IMG/VR virus record: IMGVR_UViG_2510065010_000001
Coordinates: 32,001-96,000 of that record
Direction: 5' to 3' (one strand)
Source of the DNA: a virus
Taxonomy: Duplodnaviria; Caudoviricetes
DNA: 64,000 nt
Shown here: piece after piece, positions 48,123-57,921 of the stretch
Numbering within the stretch: position 1 is the stretch's first letter
How the letters are laid out: every line of letters begins with the position of its first letter
The notes under the pieces: generated by a model
What the model was told of the DNA's origin: nothing
Seen by the model: the letters and a program-made list of their open reading frames with translations, nothing else
The model's database searches: none
Translations under genes and position numbers: made by a program

Positions 48123-51100
48123 TTAACTGAAAACTCGTTCCATCAAAGAATGAACCGAGTTCTTACGAGCAGAATCCCGCACCCACACTTCATTTACAGG
48201 GATACCTGGTAACGCCATCGTCTTTGCCTGCATGGACATGCGGCAGAACGCAGCAGATTTTACCAAAGCACCACTCTCAGTCAACTTCGTAAGAGCACCC
48301 TTTGCGCGACCCGCAAGCTGTAGATATTCAGGACTATTCGTTGCAGCACCGTTGATGTATTGAACAACCAGTTGAGTGATCAGGTCACTCATTCCATCTA
48401 CACTTGCAAAATCTGTATTTGCATCCTGTGCTGCCACAGCGGGTAGGTACACACTGAAGTGCCCCTTAATGCCACAGCAAACACTGAATACACAATTTCT
48501 AAACATTGGAGCCAGAAGTTTCAACAGGTTACCTGCATTAACCGGGTTATTAACCAGGTCACGAAGCTCCTCGGTTTGCAGCAGACTAGCTGCATTTGAG
48601 TCGCCTAGCATATACATTGGTAAATCGTTTCCACCTTTGGCTTTGATGGTTTGATTCTTTGCCATCGCAAAGAATACAGCAGATTTGTGGACCTGCTTGA
48701 ACCCATCCTTTACTAGTCGTTGCGCAAACGCAGGATCTTCTGTCTCAACAGCACGGGCTACTCCAGCCATCAAAGGTGTTTGTCCTACACTTGCACGAAC
48801 ACTTGACAACTCAGCTTTCACTGGTTGCCACACTGCACCCGTCTTATTTGTCCCTGCATAAGACCAAGCACGTTGTACAAAATACTCCACACCTTCAACA
48901 GTGTAAAACACAAGTACGTTGGTCTTATGGTTTTCAATGCACCCGTCAGCATAAACTTCAATGCTTTCTGCATTACTTGGGATGGCATACCCTACAGAAG
49001 TAGGTTCAACCGTTTCCCAACCTTTTGCACCCTTGTACATTTTCTTCAGCACAGTAGTCCACTCTGCAGAAGCGTCTGCATGTCTGAACCAAATTGCGCG
49101 TCCGAACTTGGCTTCAAACCAGTTGATTAGCTGCTGGTATTTACCCATTACAGCCAGAACTGGTGACCACTCCAGATAATTCGCACCCTCAACCCCGACT
49201 AAAGAGTTACACTCTTCAATCAGTTTCAAACCTTCTGCATCGGCATTATTAATTGCAGTGCATACTGCAACATCTGCGATAGATTGCACCAGGTCTAGCC
49301 ACTTATTTGTGTCTGCAAAGAATACAGACCGTGCATTCAACTCTGCGTTGAGGTTGTTGTGAACAACGTCAGGTGTGTAGCGGGAAAGCATACACTTGAT
49401 ATTGTTCCGACCTTTGATTTGATGTTCTCTAGTTTGTGTCACTAACACAACTTGCAGAGTGGTGCGGTTCCCTGCAACTTTAGCCAACCGCCAGCGGATC
49501 TCTAGCAAGTAAGCATCAGGAGTGTTATTTGTGATGGTGTGTCTAAAACAACCCTCTTCTGTAATGTAAGGTACATCACAGATAGGTTCCTTATCAGCAA
49601 TCCGCAATGGTTGTTCCATGCGAATCACTTGCCAGCCTCTACGTTCAAATTGCTGACCACCAACCAATGACACTACAGCACCCGCTAATTCCTCCTCCTT
49701 AATTACTCCTGGTACATTAGGTTGTACCGTTTGCGTATGTTTGACTAACAGTGTTGGTCCTTCACCCCAGTAAACTGCCATACCAGCAGGAAAAGTGGCA
49801 TGAGGTGAAACTACTGCTTCCACAACCCAGTTATTACTTGATTCAACAGATTGACCAAAGCGTTTCAAGCCTCTGGTACTTCCTCCTTCCAGCAAACCAA
49901 CACAAGCTGCGTCCATTGCTGTACGCTTAATCAGCTTGGCTAATTTAGAAGACAACCCGATAATTAGATGCTGAGAAGCAGTCTTAATAACCTCCTCGTC
50001 AGAACCACTCAAACCAAACTGTTGACGGGCATATTCTGCAATTGCAGCTTCAGTGTTGTCAGTTAGCTGACTTAGCACTTCCCGCACAAACTGCTCACGC
50101 AGCTCGCTTGGTACGTGCTTTGCTTGGATGCAACTGCGACGACCATCGATAAACTGACCCCGTGGCATACGAACTAAGTTGAACCCTAACAAAGCACTAC
50201 GGTCCACAACATGCTTTGCAGGTAACTTTGCACCCTTTATTTGGACACCGTTCTTCTCTACATCACCAAGACTGGTTACTCCAATCTCACGGTTGTAAAT
50301 AACTTTGGTGTTCCATTCACCGTCTACTTGATACCGAGCAAACCCAAAGGGCATATCGGTTGCAGATAATCTGGTGACCGTAACATAACGGTCGTAGTAA
50401 GTGCGATCGCCATCATAGGCTTGCGCTTCATCATCTGACTGCACTGGCAGCTCAACGAACATTTTCTTAGATACCAACTGACCCAATTCAGGAACAGGAG
50501 CAGTTAGATATTTTGCACCCAACATGACCAATCCGTACAGGAATGTGCCATAGCTATTAACTAAGGACATGTCTTCTGCAGGAATGCGTACTCCACGACC
50601 ACGACCAGTCAGGCTGCTAACCAACAGCATGTTATTAAACCGTAGGTTACGGCTAACTTCAAACACGCCATCCTTAGCAGTGACTCGGAATTCGTACTCG
50701 TCGATCCACACGCTGAAACCATCTTCTCCGGTGGCAGACACTTGAATAGGTGAGACACCACCTTTACAGAGTGCTCCTGCTAACCAATCAATTACAACTG
50801 CAACGTCAGCTTGTGTTGCATTGAAATCAAAACAACGGGTCCAGTTGTGATCGACGTATACGATGCGGTCTTGCACCCCAAACACTTGCTCAATCACTGG
50901 ACGAGCAAGTGCATAAGTTAATAACTTGAACTCTACTCCTAAGTTGGCGTAAACACCTGTCAAGAGAGCTTGACGTACACACCATTCTTCTAGCGCGTGT
51001 GTGTGAGCTAACCTCTTAACAATTTCACCGTCCTTAATCAAAGAACGGTATTGAGACATTGCAGTACCCAATACAGAGGGTTGTTGTACAAACCGACCGT

Positions 51101-51440
51101 ATTGTTTCAGCACGTCAAGTCCTGCAATGTGCAGACTGTTGTTACGGGTGTGATCTGCAAAGTAGAACACTTCATCCAGCTCAATAGGAAAAGTAAGTTG
51201 AGCTGTTTGTCTTAAACGCAAATAACACCATGCAGCAAACAAAGAAGCTTGCACAGAGCTTACAGCGTTAATAACGTTGTTGCTCAGAATACGACCAGCA
51301 AGCTTCTCACCCATAACAGCGGTAATAGCTTCACCAGGTGTGAGCTTACTTACAGCTGCGATATTGAATTGTGTGCGACCTTTCATAGCGTAGAAAGGAT
51401 CAGCAAGTACGTTCCAGTTGTTGTTCAATTGTAAATCCAT
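48123..51440 (-). CDS. Two-barrel RNA polymerase, large chain (beta-like + start of beta' barrel)
   Basis: IKGRNNIKCMLS (cf. beta DKMAGRHGNKGVIS); C-terminal RMSMQAKTMALPGIPVNEVWV (cf. beta' RVDYSGRSVI..); RBS GGAGGACATC. Confidence 0.65.
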   Translation of the reverse strand: MDLQLNNNWNVLADPFYAMKGRTQFNIAAVSKLTPGEAITAVMGEKLAGRILSNNVINAVSSVQASLFAAWCYLRLRQTAQLTFPIELDEVFYFADHTRNNSLHIAGLDVLKQYGRFVQQPSVLGTAMSQYRSLIKDGEIVKRLAHTHALEEWCVRQALLTGVYANLGVEFKLLTYALARPVIEQVFGVQDRIVYVDHNWTRCFDFNATQADVAVVIDWLAGALCKGGVSPIQVSATGEDGFSVWIDEYEFRVTAKDGVFEVSRNLRFNNMLLVSSLTGRGRGVRIPAEDMSLVNSYGTFLYGLVMLGAKYLTAPVPELGQLVSKKMFVELPVQSDDEAQAYDGDRTYYDRYVTVTRLSATDMPFGFARYQVDGEWNTKVIYNREIGVTSLGDVEKNGVQIKGAKLPAKHVVDRSALLGFNLVRMPRGQFIDGRRSCIQAKHVPSELREQFVREVLSQLTDNTEAAIAEYARQQFGLSGSDEEVIKTASQHLIIGLSSKLAKLIKRTAMDAACVGLLEGGSTRGLKRFGQSVESSNNWVVEAVVSPHATFPAGMAVYWGEGPTLLVKHTQTVQPNVPGVIKEEELAGAVVSLVGGQQFERRGWQVIRMEQPLRIADKEPICDVPYITEEGCFRHTITNNTPDAYLLEIRWRLAKVAGNRTTLQVVLVTQTREHQIKGRNNIKCMLSRYTPDVVHNNLNAELNARSVFFADTNKWLDLVQSIADVAVCTAINNADAEGLKLIEECNSLVGVEGANYLEWSPVLAVMGKYQQLINWFEAKFGRAIWFRHADASAEWTTVLKKMYKGAKGWETVEPTSVGYAIPSNAESIEVYADGCIENHKTNVLVFYTVEGVEYFVQRAWSYAGTNKTGAVWQPVKAELSSVRASVGQTPLMAGVARAVETEDPAFAQRLVKDGFKQVHKSAVFFAMAKNQTIKAKGGNDLPMYMLGDSNAASLLQTEELRDLVNNPVNAGNLLKLLAPMFRNCVFSVCCGIKGHFSVYLPAVAAQDANTDFASVDGMSDLITQLVVQYINGAATNSPEYLQLAGRAKGALTKLTESGALVKSAAFCRMSMQAKTMALPGIPVNEVWVRDSARKNSVHSLMERVFS

Positions 51441-51476
51441 GATGTCCTCCAAGAAGTAAAATGTGAGTGAAAGAAA

Positions 51477-52661
51477 CTAAGCAAACGGATTTGGTCTTTT
51501 AGAGATGTTGCCGATGGGCATACTTTCGATAGGTTCTTCAACATCTTCTTCAGACTCTTCGCAGTAGTCATCATCTGCTACACCAGAACTAGCTGTCTCT
51601 ATGTCCATAAGTTGAAATTCATCGTCTTCTTCAACGGAAAGGTGCTGAAGCTTTTCGAGAATTGCAGCAGAGGTCATTTGAGTAGCAGTAGGCTGGGTAA
51701 CAGGAGTTTGAGTGTTAGCAGTTACTTCAACTTTGCTCTTTTGAGGAAGAGGAGTTTCAGCAACTTTGGTTGCAACAGTTGGCATTCTGCGTTCTACTTT
51801 TGGAGTAGGAATACCAACTTCACGACGGGACCGTGCTTGCATCACCTCTTCAGCAAGCTTTTCTTTTAGGCTCTTACCACCAACCATCAAGTCTGCTCTA
51901 ACACGGAGTTTGTTCAACCCAGTAGCTAGAGCGGTAGAGCTACCAACTTTCCGACCACCAACTAGGTAAGCTCCGTTAAATGCAGCACCCCAGAACGGTT
52001 GACCGTCAACACCATCAAAGGATTTTGTGTACTGAGGAAATCCAACCATGCAAACTAGAAACTGCTCTCCAGCAGCAACACCTAATTCGTCTGCCAGGTC
52101 GTTCATTAACTCCGTAAACTGCTGACGGGCAGCATCGTGATAGTCAGACCAGTTATCAACTGTTCTATTTGCAGTAGATAACTGCATAGAAACTGCTGGA
52201 CGGTCTTCCCCCTTGCGATTAAAGGGTTCTCGATACATTACAGGTACAGGCACAACTAAGTCGTCATCACCATAAAACTCTGCTTCTACAAACAGGTCTG
52301 GTTTGACAACCGCGTTCTTACCCCATTCACCACAGGGTAGATACTTAGACTCTTTAGCAAAAGCAGCATTACGAATGCTTGGTGATGCGTAGGTCAAGTT
52401 ACCGTCTTTATCTAGACGAACTGCAAAGACACCTACACATACACTTTTCGCTCTAAACTGCTTTGCAGGTGCAACGGCAAGGTCAGAGCGGAATACAAAC
52501 AACTCCCGTAGGCGGGAGGGAACCATGTTGAGGTCAACATCTTCGATGTCAACACCAACCGGACGTAATCCTAAGTCTTCTCCGATAGAAGGGCTACCAG
52601 CTCCGCTATCTCCTAGACCCTGTTCAATTAACTCAACAATTGTCTCGCTTAAAACAGTCAT
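51477..52661 (-). CDS. Hypothetical protein with acidic tail (SSB-like or RNAP accessory)
   Basis: 394 aa, first large gene of the RNAP operon, ends acidic..PNPFA. Confidence 0.65.
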   Translation of the reverse strand: MTVLSETIVELIEQGLGDSGAGSPSIGEDLGLRPVGVDIEDVDLNMVPSRLRELFVFRSDLAVAPAKQFRAKSVCVGVFAVRLDKDGNLTYASPSIRNAAFAKESKYLPCGEWGKNAVVKPDLFVEAEFYGDDDLVVPVPVMYREPFNRKGEDRPAVSMQLSTANRTVDNWSDYHDAARQQFTELMNDLADELGVAAGEQFLVCMVGFPQYTKSFDGVDGQPFWGAAFNGAYLVGGRKVGSSTALATGLNKLRVRADLMVGGKSLKEKLAEEVMQARSRREVGIPTPKVERRMPTVATKVAETPLPQKSKVEVTANTQTPVTQPTATQMTSAAILEKLQHLSVEEDDEFQLMDIETASSGVADDDYCEESEEDVEEPIESMPIGNISKRPNPFA

Positions 52662-52843
52662 CGTTTTACTCTCCGTGTTTGAGTTAGAAATCTTTTCGTC
52701 AGCAGCAATTGCTTCGTCTTCTTCAAAACGCCAGAAGGCTTATGAATAGAAGACTAGCTGTGTTTTCTTCGCAAGAGCGATCATTTCGTGATTGATGTTC
52801 AACATTGGATTTCTCCTTAAAACAAGATTTACGGCTGTAAAAA

Positions 52844-52956
52844 CAGCCACCCATAAGTTGAACTTCTTGAACGGTTCAACTTATGGGTGGCTGGGCGAGA
52901 GTTGCCCCTCGCCAGAATCTTATATATAGGGGGCTGTATATACAGCCTCCTATATA
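52844..52956. promoter_or_regulatory. Triple-hairpin control region upstream of RNAP operon
   Basis: 20-bp perfect stem 52844-52893 containing TTGAACGGTTCAA, then two more inverted repeats. Confidence 0.6.
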
Positions 52957-52962
52957 CGTACC

Positions 52963-53580
52963 TTACTTAGTAGGTGGGTTACCAAACACAAACGTATCCT
53001 TCTTCTCTACCGCTAGTCCCAGTAGTAGTAGCATACGCATACCTTCTACCCCGAACGTAGTAGTAGCTACCTTGGTAGGTAGGTTCCACACACCACGTTC
53101 TACTAGACTACGGCGTGTCTGCCACACTGCTAGTACACTAGGCTTCCACCGGATGTACTTCATCATGTAGGCTTCTACATCCTTAACAAAGGACAGTCTA
53201 TGCTTACGCTCTGTGATGTCCAACCACATTACAGGTACGTCTGTGTCCTTCTGTAGGTGCATGTGTGCACCATTGAGACTAGACTTCACTTGGTACCCAA
53301 ACAGATGACCACCATCAGTCTCTACCACTAGGTCGATCTTCAGGTCATCATCTGCCTTGCTACCAGTAGGTGCAAGGTACACATCCTTGACACCATCAAA
53401 GCATCCTAGTAGTAGGTCACGTACCAGTTGCTCTGTTGCTCTACCCTTGTTGTACTCAGGGGTGTTGTATCTGTTACTCATCTTCATACGCTTACGCCAG
53501 TTACCTGACGCACTGTTGTTGTACATCACGTCTAAGAACAGCTCTTCTGTTAGGCTGTACTCTCTACCGATGATATGCAT
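52963..53580 (-). CDS. PD-(D/E)xK-family nuclease-like protein
   Basis: G...E, D..KIDLVV....GYQVKSS. Confidence 0.65.
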   Translation of the reverse strand: MHIIGREYSLTEELFLDVMYNNSASGNWRKRMKMSNRYNTPEYNKGRATEQLVRDLLLGCFDGVKDVYLAPTGSKADDDLKIDLVVETDGGHLFGYQVKSSLNGAHMHLQKDTDVPVMWLDITERKHRLSFVKDVEAYMMKYIRWKPSVLAVWQTRRSLVERGVWNLPTKVATTTFGVEGMRMLLLLGLAVEKKDTFVFGNPPTK

Positions 53581-53987
53581 GTTGTCTCTCCAAAAGCAGT
53601 GAAGAAACAAGATGATTGGCAATGGCTTAATCGCCCTGCTGTTCACCTCGTCTCACCGAAGAGAGAATTAATCTGAAAACTAAAAGACCCCCTATCCCCT
53701 ATCCGTATAAATTACCCAATTTTTTAGCGCCCCAATTTTCTACACGGAAATTTCCTCCGTCCAGAAAATTATACTCAACCCACTATTTCTCTAACCACCC
53801 TCACATTCACAGGAAACTTACTTCATTCCTTAGAGCACTCAAACAAAGAATCCAGCTTATTAAGCTGAATCTTTCTACTCACTGTCTATGTGCTACACCA
53901 TTAATAGAGCAATCTTTAACATCTATAAAAGCTCAACGCTAACTCTTCTGCTAAATTATCGTTTGTTCCAGTTTTTACTATTAGAAC

Positions 53988-54654
53988 CTAGCAGTGATAA
54001 AGGTAGCCAAACCAAGTTTGGAGTAGTTCGTCTAAACTTGCAGTAACCATTTTGTGTACTGATTTCACGTCTGCATCTGCATTAATTCGGATGATTGCCC
54101 TGGGATACTGTTCGTGCAACTGCTTATAGACAGCTCGAACTTTTTCGTGAAAGAGTAATGATTCTTCGTCGAAATGATTGTTTTGGACTCTGACTTTAAG
54201 ACGCTCTAGCGCTATTTGTGGAGACACGTCTAACCATATAGTAGTACTCGGTAATACTCCTTGCACACTAAAGTTGTTTAACCAATTCAAAATACCCATA
54301 TTAAACCCACGACCGCCCCCCCTGATATGCAAGAGTGGAGTCGATAAACCGATCGCACAGTACCAGATTTCCCTTTATTAGTTCAGGTTTAATAACTCTT
54401 GAAACATGCTCAGCACGGTCAGCTTGGTAAAGCAACAACTCTGCGTGGGTGGATAGCTTATTGTTCAGTAGTAGTGAATGCAACTCTTTACCTAACTCAG
54501 TACCACCTGGCTCTCTTGTTACGATAATCTTCTTCAAACCCTTTTCTATTTTCTCTTTCCAACCACTGGTTTCTAACCACTGCACTAGCATGATAAGTTG
54601 TGTGGTTTTTCCAGAACCATCTATTCCTTCAAAGGTTACTAACTTTCCGTTCAT
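53988..54654 (-). pseudogene. tmk: Thymidylate kinase, frameshifted at a G7 tract
   Basis: [29 protein letters not shown]; second half continues in another frame after 54316-54322. Confidence 0.88.
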
Positions 54655-54661
54655 AAAATTC

Positions 54662-54964
54662 CTAATCAATACTAATTCCACGGCAGCGCGTGGGGATTCC
54701 GTAACTAAATGTTGGTCTTGCTAAAATGAATGCATCAAGCACCAGTACTTTACAATCCCACGGCAAAATAACGGATCGACCGTGACTTACAGTACTAAAC
54801 CGACACGTTTGAGTTTCTTGATCAAGCTTAATAAAGGGTATCTCTACCCAAATTTCTTTCTCTTCAAATGCCTGCTCCATCCATTGAGAAGGTACCTTAG
54901 CTTTTATAGGAGTTTGCATACTCGCATGTAACTCCAAATCACGTAAAGTTATTGGTTGTGTCAT
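54662..54964 (-). CDS. Hypothetical protein
   Basis: 100-aa ORF, coupled. Confidence 0.55.
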   Translation of the reverse strand: MTQPITLRDLELHASMQTPIKAKVPSQWMEQAFEEKEIWVEIPFIKLDQETQTCRFSTVSHGRSVILPWDCKVLVLDAFILARPTFSYGIPTRCRGISID

Positions 54965-55188
54965 AGTACTTCTTTCACACTAATAGACTGGGTACCAGGA
55001 ATGTATACATACGTGGGGCTTTCAGTATCATTACGACAAAACTCTAAGACAATCATCCCAGTATGAATCTGCGTCTTGCGATACTCTCCAGTAAAGCAAT
55101 GCTTACCGTCATGAACTTTGTAAGTTTTATTATTTTGTAGAGTTATTAATTCAGACAACTTGAACCGTTCAAGTTTTTGTGACATCAC
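54961..55188 (-). CDS. Hypothetical protein
   Basis: 75-aa ORF with RBS GGAG. Confidence 0.55.
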   Translation of the reverse strand: MMSQKLERFKLSELITLQNNKTYKVHDGKHCFTGEYRKTQIHTGMIVLEFCRNDTESPTYVYIPGTQSISVKEVL

Positions 55189-55423
55189 TGTTCTCCATAT
55201 TAATTTTATTAAGTTCGATGGAGAGTTTTTTCCATCCGTTTTGTTCTAGGTAACCACTTGCAACTGTCAGGTCAGTAACATTGTTTGAGCCGTTCACAGC
55301 ACAGATAACCATGACTACTGCAAGTTTTATGGCAACGTATTTATCGAGGGTTATTAGCCTAAATGCATATAACCACTATGAGCGTTTTTGCACTCTGTAA
55401 ATCTTTTTAGGAATTTCTTTAGG

Positions 55424-55654
55424 TTATCTTTGCTTTGCATTTGCAATCTCATTCCTTTTCTTCTGTGCCTTAGTCATCCAATCTGCTGGAACATGCTTTC
55501 GAAACCAGTAGTAAACAGTGTTTTCACTAACACCAGCTTGTTTAGCAATTTCTTTCACTGAGACTCCCTTCTCGTAACAGGTAAATGCTGCGAGGTACTT
55601 TTTATCTCCACTCTGCATTTGGGTTGAATACTCCTTGTTCTTGATTATAGTCAT
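55424..55654 (-). CDS. Small helix-turn-helix protein
   Basis: GVSVKEIAKQAGVSENTVYYW. Confidence 0.8.
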   Translation of the reverse strand: MTIIKNKEYSTQMQSGDKKYLAAFTCYEKGVSVKEIAKQAGVSENTVYYWFRKHVPADWMTKAQKKRNEIANAKQR

Positions 55655-56624
55655 CCGACAAATAACTTTTTCCTGGTGGCTTTAGTCGTGTGTTGTAACT
55701 TGTATTGGGTGGGTGAACCAACCAGCCTTGGTCAAAAGCATTAATAAACCCGAATTCTTGAATCCAGTATTCGCCATACAGGAATAGATGAACTTCTTCT
55801 ACGACTCTGATAACCGGAACAAGTTCAGGTAGCATGGTTATTTCATTAATAACTTCTTCTTCTAAGTAAGGACGAGTAATACTTGGAGCAACTACTCGGA
55901 TAATTGGATGCGTCAAAGCGTAAGGAGCTGACCCTGAAACTTCGGTAGTAGAAGGAGCTGTAGGATTTCCTAAAACTGCACCTGCTTCCGATGGTGACTG
56001 TCGAGCACAATCGTCAGTTCTCTCGTGGGTAGCTTGAATTGAACCACCCGACGAACGTATTTCAAAATTGAATCCACTGACAGAAGAAGTAGCACGAAGT
56101 CCCCACAATCTTCCGGCGTTTACGTCTAAACTTATTAACTCACCCAAAGTTTGCTGACTAGTGATTACCCCTTCGGAGTTAAAGAGGTAAACACGATCGC
56201 TGGCTGTACCTTCAGAAGTTGGTTTTGACATTAATTGCCAAACAACACGAGTTACTAGTGTGTCTGTCCACAACTCAGTTCTGTGGTTAATATTGGCTGT
56301 ATATTCCCAACCATAGAAGTCATTAAACTCTGCAAGCTCTCCTGCATCTGCTCGAAGTTTTTGAGCACTATAGACTTTCTCAATAAATTCTCTCTTTAGA
56401 GCGTAATGATGTGAAAACGTATCTGGGTGCCCGGTCGGTGCTCCTGGCATCACTTGTAATTCCAAGTCAGTACCATGCTCTAGTTCTGAAAATTCTCTCT
56501 GTAATATCTCATCTTGATAATTAATCCACTCTTGGGCAACAACCCAGTCCATTTGTAGAGTTGGGTCATAGATTACTCGCTCTCTAATTCTTAGGTCGAG
56601 TAAAGGTTCACTTCTATCAACCAT
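55602..56624 (-). CDS. Hypothetical (probable virion/baseplate) protein
   Basis: 340 aa directly downstream of PAAR. Confidence 0.6.
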   Translation of the reverse strand: MVDRSEPLLDLRIRERVIYDPTLQMDWVVAQEWINYQDEILQREFSELEHGTDLELQVMPGAPTGHPDTFSHHYALKREFIEKVYSAQKLRADAGELAEFNDFYGWEYTANINHRTELWTDTLVTRVVWQLMSKPTSEGTASDRVYLFNSEGVITSQQTLGELISLDVNAGRLWGLRATSSVSGFNFEIRSSGGSIQATHERTDDCARQSPSEAGAVLGNPTAPSTTEVSGSAPYALTHPIIRVVAPSITRPYLEEEVINEITMLPELVPVIRVVEEVHLFLYGEYWIQEFGFINAFDQGWLVHPPNTSYNTRLKPPGKSYLSDDYNQEQGVFNPNAEWR

Positions 56625-56635
56625 GTTTAATAAGA

Positions 56636-56935
56636 CTAACCAATAAATGTATCTTTAGAACCCACACGGGTAATACCACAACGAACTGGGTCACCCACAC
56701 GAGCCATCTGACGCCCTTCGATAAACACTTTAGAAGACCCTCTCAAAATCCGATTCGGGCAAGGGCAGCAACTACCACAACAATTAGTGCAAACACCTCC
56801 ATTGAGAGTAGCTTGCCGCCCATTAACAAATACACTACGTGCTCCAGTTATTACCTGCCCATTAGGGCATCGTTTTTTCTTGCAGTTACAAATACAAATA
56901 ACTGGATCTCCTACACGTAGCGCATTAATACCCAT
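56636..56935 (-). CDS. Cys-rich PAAR-like spike tip protein
   Basis: RVGD..C, GARSVFVNGRQA, GSSKVFIEGRQMARVGD..CG....GS..TFIG. Confidence 0.9.
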   Translation of the reverse strand: MGINALRVGDPVICICNCKKKRCPNGQVITGARSVFVNGRQATLNGGVCTNCCGSCCPCPNRILRGSSKVFIEGRQMARVGDPVRCGITRVGSKDTFIG

Positions 56936-56937
56936 TA

Positions 56938-57606
56938 TTAACTCTCTAAAACTGCTGTAATTGCTTCAGTTACTTCTGGGTCATCAGACTCCAACTCAAT
57001 TGTATCTTTTTCATCTTCAGATAGAACCTGAACAGGTTTATCAACTTTCTCAACTTTGGTTACCTGAATTCCAGGAATCTTGTGCAGGTATTCCGTTAGA
57101 ATTTCTTCGGACGTAGACCCAACAAATGCTCGAATGTTGTGTCTAAAGTGAATCAGGTTGGATGCAATTTGATTAAGCTTTCCTTCAATATAGGTATTCT
57201 CATCTTCCCTTAGCTGAGAAGTCCGGTCTAACGTCTGATGTAACAGTGCGACTTCGAGTCTAAGCTTACGCAATTTTTCTTCTGTCACTGACTTTATTTG
57301 AGGATCGATGATAGTCAGCACTCTTTGTTCGGCTTCTGCCAGTAAGTTGAGAACGGTTTGAAATGCGTTGAAGCGATTAAAAACGTCAGGACCCATAGCG
57401 TAGTATTTGATTGCGCTACTCTCAAAATCTCTAGGGGAGTTAACCAAAACTAGGTCACTGTGTTGAAGCCAGTGTCTCCCAGCCATGATTTCAATATCTC
57501 CGGTTTTTTTAAAAGTAACGCTGCTTTCATTCAGCTTTAACGTAGGCTCTACGGCTACTAAAAACTGCCAAGCCATCTTGAGACGGCTAAATAAACGGTT
57601 ACACAT
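56938..57606 (-). CDS. Hypothetical protein, possibly spike-associated
   Basis: Upstream of PAAR; VTFKKTGDIEI beta-strand segment, then coiled coil. Confidence 0.55.
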   Translation of the reverse strand: MCNRLFSRLKMAWQFLVAVEPTLKLNESSVTFKKTGDIEIMAGRHWLQHSDLVLVNSPRDFESSAIKYYAMGPDVFNRFNAFQTVLNLLAEAEQRVLTIIDPQIKSVTEEKLRKLRLEVALLHQTLDRTSQLREDENTYIEGKLNQIASNLIHFRHNIRAFVGSTSEEILTEYLHKIPGIQVTKVEKVDKPVQVLSEDEKDTIELESDDPEVTEAITAVLES

Positions 57607-57675
57607 GAGCGGTAGTTGTTTAGGACAATTTCAGTATCACTCACATTGCTCACTTCGTACTACCGTAACTATTAA

Positions 57676-57912
57676 ATGTCTTCTTTAGTAAAGTCTAATC
57701 GGAAACGTTTAGCTGAAATACGTCAGCAAACGAACATGACTGCCGCCGAAATCACAGCCAGGTTATTAGATTGCTATGAGCTTGAAGACCTCTCGTTTTT
57801 AGTGAGCAGGATACGGCATGTTCGAAACGATGGGTTTTTCACACCTAAGCAGATCACTCAGTTAAGTGTGCTTGCTACACAGGTGTCCACTATTCTTAAG
57901 CAACTTCACTAA
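57676..57912 (+). CDS. Hypothetical protein
   Basis: 78-aa ORF just upstream of the giant ORF. Confidence 0.6.
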   Translation: MSSLVKSNRKRLAEIRQQTNMTAAEITARLLDCYELEDLSFLVSRIRHVRNDGFFTPKQITQLSVLATQVSTILKQLH

Positions 57913-57921
57913 CAAAGTCGT

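Noticed and set aside
7103-55172. Operator palindrome as a LexA box
   Set aside because: One-base spacer matches neither GAAC-N4-GTTC nor the cyanobacterial GTAC-N3-type box
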